Assembly (NCBI RefSeq): GCF_016432865.1
Contig: NC_067399.1
Span: forward strand, 550,808,001-550,872,000
Reading direction: 5' to 3'
DNA: 64,000 nucleotides
DNA from: Antechinus flavipes
Taxonomy: Eukaryota
Each line of letters begins with the position of its first letter. Positions within the stretch are counted from its first letter, which is position 1. The notes under the pieces were generated by a model that saw only the letters and a list, made by a program, of their open reading frames with translations, did not search any database and had not been told where the DNA came from. The position numbers were made by a program, and so were the translations under genes. Below, piece by piece: positions 23,339 through 36,250 of the stretch.

Positions 23339-24233
23339 AAGCATACCTCAGATATACTGTAGATTCAGTTCCAGACAATTGCTATAAAGCAAATTTTACA
23401 ATAAAGCAAGACACACAAATCTGATGGTTTCCCAGTGCTTATAAAAGTTATATTTACACTGTATTATTGTCTATTAAGTGTGAAATAGTATTATGTCTAA
23501 AATATATACATACCTTAATTTAAAATGCTTGATTGCTACATCATCTGAGTTTTTAGGGAATCATAATTGTTTTATTGGTGAAGTATCTTGTCTTAGCATT
23601 GTTGGGTACTGACTGATCAAGGTGGTGGTTGCTGAAAGTTGGGATAGTTGTGACAATTTCTTAAAACAAGACACCNNNNNNNNNNNNNNNNNNNNNNNNN
23701 NNNNNNNNNNNNNNNNNNNNNNNNNNNNNNNNNNNNNNNNNNNNNNNNNNNNNNNNNNNNNNNNNNNNNNNNNNNNNNNNNNNNNNNNNNNNNNNNNNNN
23801 NNNNNNNNNNTTGTGTAATACTCTTTAATATTATGTTTCAGGGAATGAGGCCCAAGGAGAAAAAGAGGTGGAAGAATGGTTGGTTGGTAGAGCAGCCAGA
23901 ACAAACACAACACTTATCAATTAAGTTTATATGGTTTCAGTTTGTGGGACCCCAAAACAATTGCAATAGTAGCATCAAAGATCACTGATAATATTATCAC
24001 CATAATGGCTATAATAATAATGGAAAAGTTTGAAATATTATGAGAATTACCAAAGTATTACAGAGACATGATGAAAGCATGTTATTGGGGAAAAAAATGG
24101 TACTGATAGACTTGCTTAATACATGGTTGCCACAAACCTTCGATTTGTAAAAACTACAGCAATAACAATGAAAAACTCCACAATTATCTGTATAGTGCAA
24201 TAAATTGAAGCACAATAACACATGGTATGGCTA
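23339..24233 (-). mobile_element. Tigger1-like (Tc1/mariner-pogo) DNA transposon, internally deleted
   Basis: Both termini recognisable (gcatacctcagatata.. and ..cacatggtatggcta). Tigger1 subterminal text ggtttcccagtgcttataaaagttat, ggttgccacaaaccttcgatttgtaaaaa. Spans the N gap. Confidence 0.85.
23676..23810. other. Assembly gap (135 N)
   Basis: Run of N. Confidence 1.
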
Positions 24234-24239
24234 TATATT

Positions 24240-25560
24240 AGAGAAACTGCAAAAGTTACCAATATTCTCTCAAGTGTCAGATCTAATGGCCCTTTCACAG
24301 TTCTTATCTTCTTGACCTGACTTAGCCTCTGACACTGACATATATTCTATCCCATCTGGATTTTCATACCATTTTGTGGTGATTGTTCTACCTGCCTGAC
24401 TTATTCTTTCTTAGTCCCCTTTGTAAGTTTTTTGTCCATTCCATGCCCACTAATTATAGGGTGTGCAGATCCCTTTCTCTTTTCATGCTGTCTTATTTGG
24501 TGACATTAATTTCTATAGGTTCAGTGATCATATTATAAATTAATACATACAGACCTAGTTTCTCTCCTTAGAGTTCCACCTCCCCCTATACCTTTTGGAC
24601 ATGTTGAATTGATATTCATTGATACTTCAAACTCAAAATGTTTAAACAAGAATTTATTATCTTTCCTCCTAAATCCTTTCTTCTTTAAAACTTCTCTATT
24701 ACTATCAAGGTACCATCATCCTTCTAGCCACTCAGACTTGCAACCTCATTGCTATTCTCTACTTTTTACTCTCACTCATTCTACATCCAATCTACTCCCA
24801 AATATTGTCATTTCTATCTTCATAACGTCTCTTATAGTCTTCTCTACTTACATAGCCACTGTTCTAGTTCAGGTCTTCATTACTTCTTGCCTATTCTATT
24901 GCAATAGCCTATGTTGACAGAAGCTAATAATTATTGGTCTTCTTTCTCTCCCCCATTCCACTCTATTCTTTATTCAACTGCCAAAGTGATTTTTCTAAAG
25001 CACAGATCTGACCACATCACTCCTCTACTCAATAAATTTCTGTGACTTCCTCTTACTTCCAAGATCGTATATAAACTTCTCTTTTTTTGGCATTTAAAAC
25101 TCTTCATCACTATCATTTAAAACCTTCATCATCTAACTTCCTTCTACTTTTTCTTATACTTACTCTCCTCTTCACAACAATTCCATTGTTCCTTGTCCAT
25201 GACATACTATCTACTATCTCTACCATTAGCATATCTTTGTACTTACTGATTCCCATTCCTGGAATTCTCTAGGCCTCACCTCTGCCTCTCAATTTTCCTG
25301 ATTTCCTTCAAGATTCAATTCAAAAACTCACCTTTTACTGGAAGGCTTTCCTCTTTCCTTCAGATTCTAGTGTCTTTCCTCCTAAGATAACATTCTATCT
25401 ATTCTGTATAGACTTACTTGTTCCCTCAGCATCGTGAGGGCTCCTTGAGAGCAGAAACTTTTGTTTTTTGACTTTCCTTGTATGCTCAGAGCTTGATACA
25501 GTGTCTGGCACATAATAATTACTTAATAAATTCTTTTTGACTGGCTGACTAATGAAGGGA
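24240..25560 (+). mobile_element. L2 LINE 3' ~1.3 kb
   Basis: cttcaaactcaaaatgtttaaacaagaatt..gttctagttcaggtcttcattacttcttgcc..tgagggctccttgagagcagaaac..gtgtctggcacataataattacttaataaa. Confidence 0.85.
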
Positions 25561-26334
25561 ATCAGATAATATGATTCTTTTCTCACATTAACCTAAGCAA
25601 ACCTTAAATTTCCTAAGTATGTTGGCCAAGGAAACCAGGTTAGCACCTCATTAACACCCCACCACCAAGAAGCAAACAGATTCTTTCACCATCTGTTCTT
25701 CTGGAAAGGGATATCACCAGGCTCACAGCTATCACAGTGAGTGGACCTTAAATATGGAATAAATCACGTGCCCTAACTATAAATAACAACCAAAAAAGTC
25801 TCAGCAAGGCCTGGAGATTTTTTTTAGATAGATTAGCATGCTTTCTAAAAATAAAGCTTGTGAATTTCATCCTTAGTGATTATTAAAGTAGATTATTTTC
25901 TAGACTATTATAACTGGGTTACAGAATGACCAGAAGGCATGTACAGGCTTATGCTATAGGAGAGAACTAAGCTAGACATGAATCTGGAAGTCAGTTTTAA
26001 ACACTAAGCTCCCATCTTACTTAGGTGACTAGATGTAAAGGATTCATTATATGCTTTATGATCTCAGCTCAGTTTGAGAAACTTAGAAGACCCCCTTTAA
26101 TACTTTAGTGAGCTATGAGCTCACCTGTTTGGGTACTTCCCTCCAGTGAAGCTATCAACCATCCATGCCCTCTCCTCCTGGGAGAGTTTCGTCCGTGTTC
26201 TCCTGGACATAGTCCATGATGGGTGCCCCCATGACGGGGCCTTTGATCGCCCACTGTGTGGGTACTGATAGAGTACCTGGACTGTCTCTTGCTTGTCCAT
26301 CATTCTCTTACTCTCTCCACAGGCCCAAGCGGCG

Positions 26335-26775
26335 GTGCTCTTCCATCTTTGGTGTCCAACCCTTCACTCCATTCTTACCTGTGGCTCTAAGAAGCTACGG
26401 CCGCCACATCCCAGTAAAACCATCCTGGCAGACTGATGGAGGATAACCAACAGGCCTCAAGCCACAAGCAGTATCCACTCCAAGCATGTGAAGAATTCCG
26501 CCAGCAAAATGGACGGATGGAAACAGTTTGTGGCAATGGCCAAGAGGCTGGCTTAGAGCTTGGTCAGACACCCGAGCCTGATGACCTGGGGGTCATCCTG
26601 CACGCTGGGCCAGTGCCATCTGCGCTGGCTTTTATCCTGCCACTTCAGTGACTCTGACAAGAGCGCGATGACTTTATGGGACTCTGCCTCACTTACATCC
26701 AATTCATGTTCAAGTCAAGACATCAGCCTGAGATGTCATTGATTCTCTTTCAAAATGGAAGGACAAACAACAATC
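26335..26775 (+). mobile_element. WALLSI4/RTE-associated SINE inserted in the RTE
   Basis: ccaagcatgtgaagaattcc..ggatggaaacagtttg..cttagagcttggtcagaca..ctctgcctcacttacatccaattca..agtcaagacatca..gaaggacaaacaacaa. Explains the local CpG enrichment. Confidence 0.8.
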
Positions 26776-26784
26776 GTCTCCACA

Positions 26785-26920
26785 TAATTGGCTCCCTTTC
26801 TTTTCTGCTCTCTCTCTGTCTCTGTCTCTTTTTCTGTCTCTAGCTCTGACTCTGTCATTTTCTCTCTGTGGGGCTGGCTGTTGACTCAGTCTCTGTTTCT
26901 TTTCCCCATTCTCTGCCTCT
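26785..26920. repeat. (TC/TCTG)n pyrimidine tract
   Basis: Direct reading. Confidence 0.85.
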
Positions 26921-29479
26921 CTGATGTCATCCGTTATGTCATTTGCCTTGTACCAGCGTACAAGTGTTGCCATCTGACAATGCCCACTTGCACCTGTCCA
27001 TTGCTCTTTGGGTGAACTTCAATTTTGCTTCTTTAGAACCTGCAGTATTTCATTGCTGGAATATTGCTATTAAAAAAAATGCGCCTTTATTTCAACAAGA
27101 AGCTCAGGGTCATTGAAAGCACTACATCTTTTCCCAAATGTAATGATACATTCACTTTAGTTCTGTACAACTCCTAGCCTAGTTCACTGACCATGCAAAG
27201 TGTCTATCTCAAGTACTGATAAGCGTGCTATGTACTGTCTATTTGGTTGTGTATCATAATCTGCATAATTGGTGTTTTTCATTATCTTTGTGTTCTGTTG
27301 TGAATAGTCAGGGTTATCTCTTTTGAGTAATGATGTGTGCCATTTAGGAGGTTTTTCAGTGTTTGAGAATTTGTTTTAACCATCAGTAAAAAAAAAAAAA
27401 TCTGCAAGTAGGAATATCTGAGAGACCTTGCTATCTAGAAATCCCTATTCCAGGTGGACTCTGCTGGATATTCTAATAATGGCAAAATCTTTGGACAAAA
27501 TATATTTTTTGCTCTGTTAACTTTTTTGATATTCATAGTAAGAAAGTTGTCAAAGTTTAGTTTTGTTACATCTTTTAGGGGAGTTTTGTATGAATATGAT
27601 ATATATATATGGAAAACACCTTATTAGAAGAGTTATTAAGACAATATTTTGCTCTTTTCAGGGTCATTTTCTACTTATCCAGGTAGTATACTAGGGACTG
27701 TCTAAATGTGATTCTCACAGATATTTTCTATTTTGTTTTTTGTCCTTTTACTTTCATTTTTAAATGAATCCTAATATTAACAAATTGTTTACATCTGATA
27801 AATATACTCTAATTTAATATAGTCAATTTTTAATGATGTGATTTGTTCAGCCCAGTCCACAATGTCCAGTGTCTTTTGATATTCCTCTTAAATTGTTCAT
27901 TTAAATATAAGTATAGTTTCTGTATGGTATAAGCTTCTGACCATTCTTATTTCTTAATCCTGGACCATGTTTTCCTATATGGTTTTTTAACATTCTTCCT
28001 TATGCCTAGGCCTTTGCACTGAAGTCACCAAGTACTTCTTTATAAGCTGGTTATATTTGGAGGGTTTTACTGAGTTCTTCACAGATTTTCTCTGCTTCGT
28101 TATCCTCTGCAACTGATGTTGGCATATTAGCTGCAATTATCTTTAAAATTTTTTTCCTTGCAAATGCTCATCTTGTGCACTGCCATATCAGATGACTAAA
28201 TGTCCTGTGGAATTGTTTCTTGTTGTTCTTATACACAATACGCCTTTATTTTTGCCAAGGAGAACCTACGCCATTTTTCCATTTAGTTGCACCTTTCTTT
28301 TGTCTTTTGGTTTCTAATAGATTTAAATTATCAAGCTCCAGTGAGATAATTCAGTTCCTCCCACCAGTATATCCATTCATTAGTTACTGGACAAGGATCT
28401 CACATTTGGAGTATCAAAAGTTATCTTAATGTTTGTAGATAGTATAAAATCATGTGAATTTTAGTACCCTTTGTTCTTTTCCCTGCTACTCTTAACACCC
28501 TCACTGATAAGTTCTTTTGCATTTAGCTAGGCTGGTCCTTCAAAATAGTATAATTTCTGAGTACCTTTTTGGCACATGTTTTTTCCTCATCTCCAGAAAA
28601 GCTGTCTCAGGCTGAAGGCATTCCATGCACTTACATACACTCAAAACTATAGTTCATAAGTTTCTACTGACATGTTTACTTTTACCTTTCAACCAGAGAA
28701 AAAAATTAATTCAATTAATCAATTCAATTAAAAGGCACTTAATCAAATAGTATAGTAAGAAAAGTTAGCATAGAAAATTTCTCCCATAAACTTGGGGCAT
28801 ATTTTCTCACAAGTACACAGACTATGAAAAGAAATATGGACATGCCTAGGTAATATACATGGAGGAATACACTTGGAAGGAACACAAGTTGTTTGGGCAC
28901 ATATGTGATAATGAGAGTCTGCTAATTTCCAGAGTATTGCTATGGTTAGCTTTTTCTTATAGAAATGTCTTTACTTCCAGAGGCCAATCTCTTTTGGAAC
29001 ATAAGAGTAGCTTGCCAACTAAGCAGCACCCACACACATTTTACCTAACAGGGAGGCTTCCTTCTCCTGCTCAAGGGCAAAGTTTCTTATCCTAATTCTC
29101 TAGTTGATTAAGGAATTTTCTGTGGTGATCATGTGCTTCCAAGCCCATTTCAGGGGAAAAGATTCTGTCAAAGAAGCTTCACAAGTTTATATGAGTCTCA
29201 AGTACCTCCTTTCGCCCTCAGCCAAGGGTTAAGTGGAAGAAAGAAAAGGAACAAAATCCCCTAAATGGGTTAAAGCATTAGCCCTCTACCTTAATTCTTT
29301 TTGTCTTTAAATTTTGAAGGGATTTTGAAAGAGATGGCTGAAAGAGATGACAGTGAATGGTCTCAGTAAAGTATGAGAAACTAGATCCTTAGCTGAGAGG
29401 GAGGTAGAAAGGGATGGTGGGGGAGGCTTGTGGAAAAAAGGGAAAGTCTGAAACAGTTTCTGTTAAGAGTAGGATAAAG

Positions 29480-30010
29480 AATCAATTAGGAAGGAGTAAA
29501 AGGATTGTCTTGCTGTGATGAGAGCCTGATTGAGATTGAGATTATATAAATTGGTTATATTATTCCATTCCCTACCATCTGTTCCAGCAGATTGCTCCTG
29601 CAACCTTCCCATTACCTCACCCATCCCAATCATCAGCCTTTCATGCTGGTTCCTTCCACGATATCCACAAAGCATGCTCAAGTTTCCCCAATCCTGAAAA
29701 AATAAAACAAAAAGCTCCCCTCATTAGATCTTCTCTATCCCATCAAAGTGTCATCCCACACATGTCTTCTCTTTCAGTCAAGTTTCTAAAACTTTCACTG
29801 TCCTCTGCTCTCTTGTATATCTTGTGGCTATCTTATCTTTGCTTCTCTCTGGCCAAACCCAGTTCTAGATTTACTTTCATCTGCCTCCTCTGTTCTTATT
29901 TATTTATGTACAACTGAATGGAACTGGAAGAAATCACCACCAAGACAAATGTGTGTTTTACAAATTTATGCCCTCCTGCTTTTGTCCTTCACTGATGGTC
30001 ACTGTAGTTC
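29480..30010 (+). mobile_element. L2 fragment
   Basis: ccatctgttccagcagattgctcctg..catgctcaagtttccccaatcct..ctgaatggaactggaagaaatca. Confidence 0.65.
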
Positions 30011-30221
30011 CTTAACTTCCATGGCTTCTGGAAGATAGAAGAATTAAATATTTAAAAGGAAAAATTTTCAAAAGGGATGCCTTTAAAAAAATCACCCAAA
30101 ATACAAAAAGGATAAAGTCATCTCCAAATTAACAACAGGAAAGTTATTCCCACACTATTGAGAGAACAGCTTTTTGACAAAAGATTTTTTTAACAACATT
30201 CTAAAACATGAAAGACTTGTG

Positions 30222-30440
30222 GTTCAGTAAATAGAGCCCTGGCCCTGGAGGCAGTAAGACCTAAGTTCAAATGTGACCCCAGACATTTATTTACCAGCTG
30301 TGGCAACTCATTTAACCTCTTTTGCCTCAGTTCCTTATCTGTAAAATGAGCTGGAGAGGGAAAGGGCAAACCACTTCATTATCTTTGCCAAGAAAACCCT
30401 AAATGGGGTCACAGAGTTAGACATGACTGAACAACAGCAA
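30222..30440 (+). mobile_element. Marsupial MIR/Mar1-type SINE
   Basis: cagtaaatagagccctggccctggag..gttcaaatgtgaccccagac..gtaaaatgagctggagagggaaagggcaaaccact..gccaagaaaaccctaaatggggtcac. Confidence 0.9.
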
Positions 30441-31249
30441 GATCTCAACCTACAATATTGAAAACTTTTTTCCCACAGACTATCTTGACAAAAACATAAA
30501 TTCAAATCTGATCAAAGAATGTTAGTAGTTTTTTAATTGCGAACTTCTCGGAATTTAAATATTTCTGGTTATATCTTTTATATGTAAAACCAAACAGGCA
30601 GCAGAATCATTTCCTGCTGTGTTGTCTCAAAAAAAAAAAAAAAAAAGAGATCTTATGGGAAGAACTCTGGCATTGTTTTGAACTGGAGACTATAAATGTG
30701 GGTTGCTGTTTTATGTTTGTTTTCACTCTGAATTGTTTACTAGTGCTTACTTTGAAGGCTGGAGATAACATATCTTTAGTAAATTCTAGATTATAGCTTC
30801 TTAACTTTTGCATCATGTCTAAGGAATTAAAGTTATGAGATTAAATAAATGTCTCTTGTATTTTACTAGTAGCAATTGCTTTTTCTTCAGTTTCTTAGCA
30901 AGGAAATAGTTTATTTTTCTTTTTTTATAGCTTTAGAAACCAAGAGTTCCCCCATTAAGTCATTTTATGGGAAGGTAAAATTATTTAATATAGATTTTGT
31001 TTTGACAAAATTAGTCTAGATTTAACTATTTAAAACTTCATTGCAAAATTTAGCTATGCTATATTATGCAGTTAGGACATTGATTTTTTTGAAGGGGTAA
31101 AATGCTCAGTAATGAAAGATCCGAAAGTTAAAAAATGTATTTTCTTCATGTAAATCTTTTGTACATTCACAGGAACTTTAACTAAATGCATATAGTTCAT
31201 AATTATAGCCCCCAAAACAATGTATTTACAATATTTAGAAAATCACATA

Positions 31250-31500
31250 GGAGGCCTCATGTAGGCAGTCATCCTTAAGCTGAACTTTGAAATGAAGCTG
31301 GGGATTCAAAGAGATAGAGAGGAAGGAATGTTACACAGGTCTGGAGAATAGCCTAATTAAAAACCAGGAGACAGGAGAAGAATCCTATGTGAGCAGCAGC
31401 CAGAAAGCCAATTTGTCTGAACCACAGACTGGATGAAGGAGAGGACTGCATAATAACCCTGGCAAGATATGAACCAAGTTGGGAAAGGTTTTATGTGTCC
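31250..31500 (-). mobile_element. L2 fragment
   Basis: cttaagctgaactttgaaatg..gggattcaaagag..gagcagcagccagaaagccaatttgtctgaacc. Confidence 0.6.
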
Positions 31501-31639
31501 ATCAAAGGAGTTTGGATAATAAGATAATGATGTATGGATGAACTATGCATCTGTAAGGTGCCTTTTTTAAAATTAAAAAACAGTAGGCTCACAGTGGCAT
31601 TGAAGCTTAGGTTTTTACCTATAACTCATTCATTGATTC

Positions 31640-32620
31640 ATCAAAGACAAGAAGATGTTATACTAGAGTTAGACGCCTTTCTTTCTCACACTGGCTCTGT
31701 CATTCACTAATTGTGTAAATTTGGATAAGTCAAAGATCTTCCTGAGTCAGTTTTCTCTTCTGTCAGAGAAGAGGCTTTGACTGGATAATGTCTAAAGTAT
31801 TTCCAGTACCTAATAATATATGATATAAACATTTACTATCTATGAGAGCCTCATCTGAAAACGTACTGAGGACAGTAAAAAGATGACTATTTTAACAGTC
31901 TCTACTCTCAAGAACTATATAATTTCGGAAGAAAAGAAACTAATGTTTATCTCCTATGTGCCAGGCATTGTGCTAGGTGTTTTACAAGCATTATTTCAGT
32001 TGATCCTCACAACAATTCTGAGATGTAGATATTATCCTCATTATATATTTGAGCCAAAAATTAAGGGAGTTGCCAGGGTCCCAGTTAATAAGGCTCTGAG
32101 GCAGAATTTGACTCCAGTCTTCCTGACTTTTTAGCTCAGTGCTCTATCCATTGTGCTAAATTTACAAATTTATTATTTACAAATATCTCATTTTATCTTC
32201 ATAACAATTCTGAGAGGCAGGTACTGTTATCTCTGCTATACAAAGAAATTGACACAGCTAATTATCTGAGGTTGAATCTGAACTCATGTTTTTCTGATTC
32301 CAGGTCTAGTGGTTTAGCTACCAAGAGGAGAGGAAATGTACTGAAATAAGTATAAGACAAAGAAGCATATGAGAGATGCATCTAAAGTGCCATAGGAAGA
32401 AAAGAGAGAAATCACATTAGACATTATCATGGTATAGCAGAAAAACAAAAAGGCAAGAGGATCTGAGCAGGAATTCTAGCTCTGTCATTTAATATCTACA
32501 ATATTAGGTAAGTCATTTAGCTTCAATTTAGGTCTCAATTTTCTTACCTATAAGATGAGAGGACTGGATTAGATGACTTCTTGTTTTTTTCCACCTTTAA
32601 ATCTATGATCCTATGAGTCT
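31640..32620. mobile_element. Cluster of four MIR/MIR3 SINEs
   Basis: MIR cores at about 31640-31830 (+), 31930-32150 (-), 32160-32320 (-) and 32430-32620 (+). Confidence 0.8.
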
Positions 32621-32920
32621 AGATGGGAAATCAACAAAGATTTCAAGGCACAGGAAAATTTTAGCTGGAATCTAAAGAATAAATGGCATACAGGAAGACA
32701 GACACTGGCAGTGGTGGACTGGGATTTGTTCTTTTTTACTATCATTCATCAATAGAATATAAAATATTTCATCAAGATCCCATATTCTATGACAATATAC
32801 ACCTTAGAAAATAAATTTAGGCTTGTAAGATGTTTATAATAATAGCAATAATAAATGTATATCAGGATTTTATAATATTTTGTATTTATTTGTATTTATT
32901 CTCTCCAGATTTATTCTATA

Positions 32921-33685
32921 TGTAACCATACTTTGAAGGCATGAGAATTATCAAGATGTATAACACTTGATCTTTAGGAGAGAAACTCTGGGAGGTTGAG
33001 TGTATAGGTGACTGGAATTAGTTCATGGAGTCTTCTGAGAGGAAAGACAGACCTGGAATTTGAGACAACTAGATGAATTCTCCCATTTGAGAGAGTCACA
33101 TATGGAGAGGAGCCACTTCTCATGTGTTTGCTCCATGGAATTTGCAATGGAGACTCTGAGAACCCAACTTGTGAGGACACTACCATGTGAGGTGTGGCTG
33201 GGCTTTTTAATGAATTTAGTTTGGACAAAATGGAGTACTGCTGTTCTCTCCTCCCCCACGTTTTCCTCAGGCTTTGAGAACCAGAGAAAAGCACTGATTA
33301 ACTGCCCCCTCTCCTTCTCCCCCCCTTTCCGGCATCTAAGCAGGAAGCCCTTTCCTGCTCCCAGCAGTCAGGAAATCACTGGCTGCCTTACTTTTCACTG
33401 CTTGCACTGATAAGTCTCTCTCCCCCCATCGACTACTTTTGCTTGCTCCCCATTTCTTTTATACTTTGCCCTCCTTGATATATTAAGTTTAATACACTAA
33501 CTCTTGTTCCATGATTATCTGGGGAGCATTAGAGTAGAAAGTTAAAGCAGAGCTGGAATAAAAGCAATATATGCGACTGGCACTTGTAGAAGTTGACTTT
33601 GGGCAGGGACATGGCAACTGAACACTTGGCTATTACTCCTTTCTTGAGGGGCTGACTGTGGCCACTCAATTCTTTTAATCTGACA
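32921..33685 (+). mobile_element. Probable solo LTR
   Basis: GC-richer ~760-bp block in AT-rich DNA, TG..CA ends, AATAAA ~120 bp before the CA. TSD not resolved and left boundary uncertain. Confidence 0.45.
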
Positions 33686-33699
33686 TTTCAATCTCTATG

Positions 33700-33960
33700 C
33701 AGTTATCATCTAGCATGTCTAACTATAAGCTATATGTCATATCTATTTATTCTATATAATTTATTCTCTATCATATCTATGTAAATCATAATATATTTAT
33801 TATCTATCATATCTATTTCTATTATTTCTCTATCATGTCTATTGACAGATGTATCGATAGATACAGATGAATAGATGGATGACTATCTGGCTAGATGGAT
33901 GATAGATGGATATACTGATAGAGATAATAGAGATATAGTGTACTCAATAGACATGACAGT
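33700..33960. repeat. Degenerate (TATC)n then (GATA)n satellite with a 13-bp inverted repeat
   Basis: tcatgtctattga 33833-33845 and tcaatagacatga 33944-33956. Confidence 0.8.
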
Positions 33961-34074
33961 AGAAGAGTGAAGAGGAATTCTGTGGCATGGACTTTCCTGG
34001 TTTCCTCTAACTCTGGGTCACCTGGGAGGACTTCATCACTCTGGAAATAAACACAAAAGGGCATAGTATAAGTG

Positions 34075-34290
34075 TATATATGTCTTTATTGTTCCCCACT
34101 AAAAATGTAATTGCCTTAGAAATAGGATCATTTTATCCTTTGCATTTTTACTCTTGGGGCCTAGCCCAGTGCCTGGCACATGTCAAGCACTTAATAAATG
34201 CTTGTTGACTGATTGATAATAGTAGCAGCTGAAATTCACATAGTGTTTGTCATTTTGCAGACTACTGTGTGTTTGTCATCTCCTCTGAGC
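34075..34290. mobile_element. L2 3' tail followed by a MIR fragment
   Basis: gcctagcccagtgcctggcacatgtcaagcacttaataaatgcttgttgactga. Confidence 0.8.
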
Positions 34291-35399
34291 CTGCGACAAC
34301 ATTAGCAGCCCAAGCCTTCTGGTTCACCTTGTACCTTTAACACCTCCATCAGTATGTTTAGCAGAGCCCACTGCACAAACTCCCTCCTTCCCCTTCTTCC
34401 CCCCCAGGGATACACATAACTTAGAAAAGTTCTGACCTGGACACATGTGGAAAGCTGCCCAGAGGACCAACCTCCTTAGTGTGTAGATCTGGAGTCTGAC
34501 TCTCTTTTTCTCTCTCTTGATAACATTGTTTTCTTTTAACTATGAGGGCCAGCTTAGAGATCCAGGCCCCAAAGCAAAGCAGGCTGACTTTAGGAGGGAG
34601 GCAGAAAGAGAGGACTGTGCTCTTACCCTCCATGAAGGTCAATAAGTGCTACCTTTCTAACCCACATTTATTATCCCTGCTTTCTTGAATTTGGAAGCAT
34701 ATCAGAATCTGTTGTAACAACCTTAAAAACAATATTTTAAAAATGTTTGAACTGCTAAATGTGGGAAAAAGAGGAAAAAAGGAAATAAATCTTCATTCCA
34801 TGAATGTATATTCTACTGAAAACAAACTTAAAAAGGGATGGGGGAAAGCATTACTGTGAAAGAAATTTCAGAATTCTGAAGTTGCGAAGTATGTATAGCT
34901 ATTGGCATTTTGCTTGACTATTAATTTTTAGAGGCTCAAACCTGTTTTCAGATTCCTCTCTACTTACAAAAAATCATATCACATCTAAACTGTTATTCAA
35001 GGATTTTATGAACTTTTTATGAAAAGTCCTTCTTTGAGTTTTTATTACTCTTTCTTTTCTTTTTCACTGATATAGATATGTCTCATCAGTAAACTTTCCC
35101 TAGTAAGTTTTTCAGGGATATTAATTTGACTATTGTTCCACTTTATTTTTCTTCATATCTGAAAATCCCTCAAGGTCAACAATGTTGGTCAACTTGTATT
35201 GTCTGTCTTACTCAATGGGAGATATCTCACTAGTAACATTCTCTGAGTTAAGTATTAGAGCAAACAGATACAAGATATAAACTGGCAACCAAAAAATACT
35301 ACTCATTCTAAATAAACATTATAGGAAAACCACATTATCTCAAAATATGTTACAAAGATACATCTATATCCTTCTACAACATTCCATGTATTATTAAAA

Positions 35400-36250
35400 A
35401 TATGTTTTTAATGGTAGTTATCTCTAGGATAAAGGAGGAGGGAAAGAATAAAAGAGAAAGAAATTTACATGATAATTTATTATATATTTAAAAGGAATAC
35501 AAAGTTGTATAAAATAGATCTGCAGTTTCATGTACAATCTTTTTTTTTAATTACTACATAAAAGAAATGCTTCTTTTATTCCATAAAAAATGAAATAAAT
35601 TTTAAAAAAATTTAAATTACATTCTAAAATCGTAAAGATCTTACAAGAAATGTACCCTTGAAAAAAACCTCTAGAAATTCTGAACTTATAACACTAGAGG
35701 GGATAGTACCACGATGAAAAGAGTATTCTACTTGGAACCAGATCTAGATCAACTTCAACTTAAGACACTTACTAGTTATGTGATCTTAAGCAAGTAATCT
35801 CACTTTTGTAAACCTCTATTTCTTCCTTTGTAAATGAGTATGCTAATACTTGTATTACCTAAATTACAGAGTGGTTATGAAGAAAGTGTTCTGTAAACCT
35901 TAAAGCATTAAATGAATATGCATCATTAAGGTTGGTCTTATTTTTATTGATATTTTTTATTTTTATATTACTTTCTTTCCAAGTATATCCTTTCTCTTTC
36001 TCTTACTCACTGAGCTATCTAACAAAGATTTTAAAAGAAAGAAAAAAAAAAAACTAGTTAAGCAAAACCAACCAATTCATCAATTGTTTCTGCCACAATA
36101 GCTGATATTCACGGCTACCTAGACTTCATCAAAGAAGGAAGAGAAAGAGATACATATCTTTTCTCCAAGGCCAGATTTGGTCAGTATAATAAAATATCAT
36201 TTCTGGGGCACATATATTGTTTCCTTTGTTCTGCTTATGCTATTTTTTAT
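35400..36250. mobile_element. Old L1-type 3' ends (35400-35610 +, 35940-36250 -) flanking a MIR (35690-35930 +)
   Basis: aaagttgtataaaatagatctgcagtttcatgtacaatc; gacacttactagttatgtgatcttaagcaagt; poly-T start with agttaagcaaaaccaacc. Confidence 0.6.

Larger units (their letters stand above)
26120..28400 (-). mobile_element. Ancient RTE-clade LINE (endonuclease, linker and C-terminus; RT core largely missing)
   Basis: Reverse translations give endonuclease motifs LKIIAANMPTS..EDNEAEK and GDFSAK..GKHGPGLRN, post-RT KAHFFNSN..KFTQRAMDRC..DITDDI, and the RTE 3' end VLYQYPH..AWM..YPNR*. Confidence 0.75.

Noticed and set aside
23617-23913. ORFs spanning the N run
   Set aside because: Artefacts of translating through the assembly gap inside the Tigger element.
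26121-26210. Homeodomain look-alike in ORF 26121-26303 (RRTRTKLSQEERAWMVDSFTGGKYPN, matching R5/T6/F20/Y25/P26), followed by an AG|GTGAGC donor
   Set aside because: The nucleotide sequence and the flanking peptide (VLYQYPH..AWM..YPNR*) follow the 3' end of the RTE LINE whose upstream parts lie at 26920-28400. No helix-3 exon (WFxNRR) was seen. A profile search against Homeobox and RTE models would settle it.
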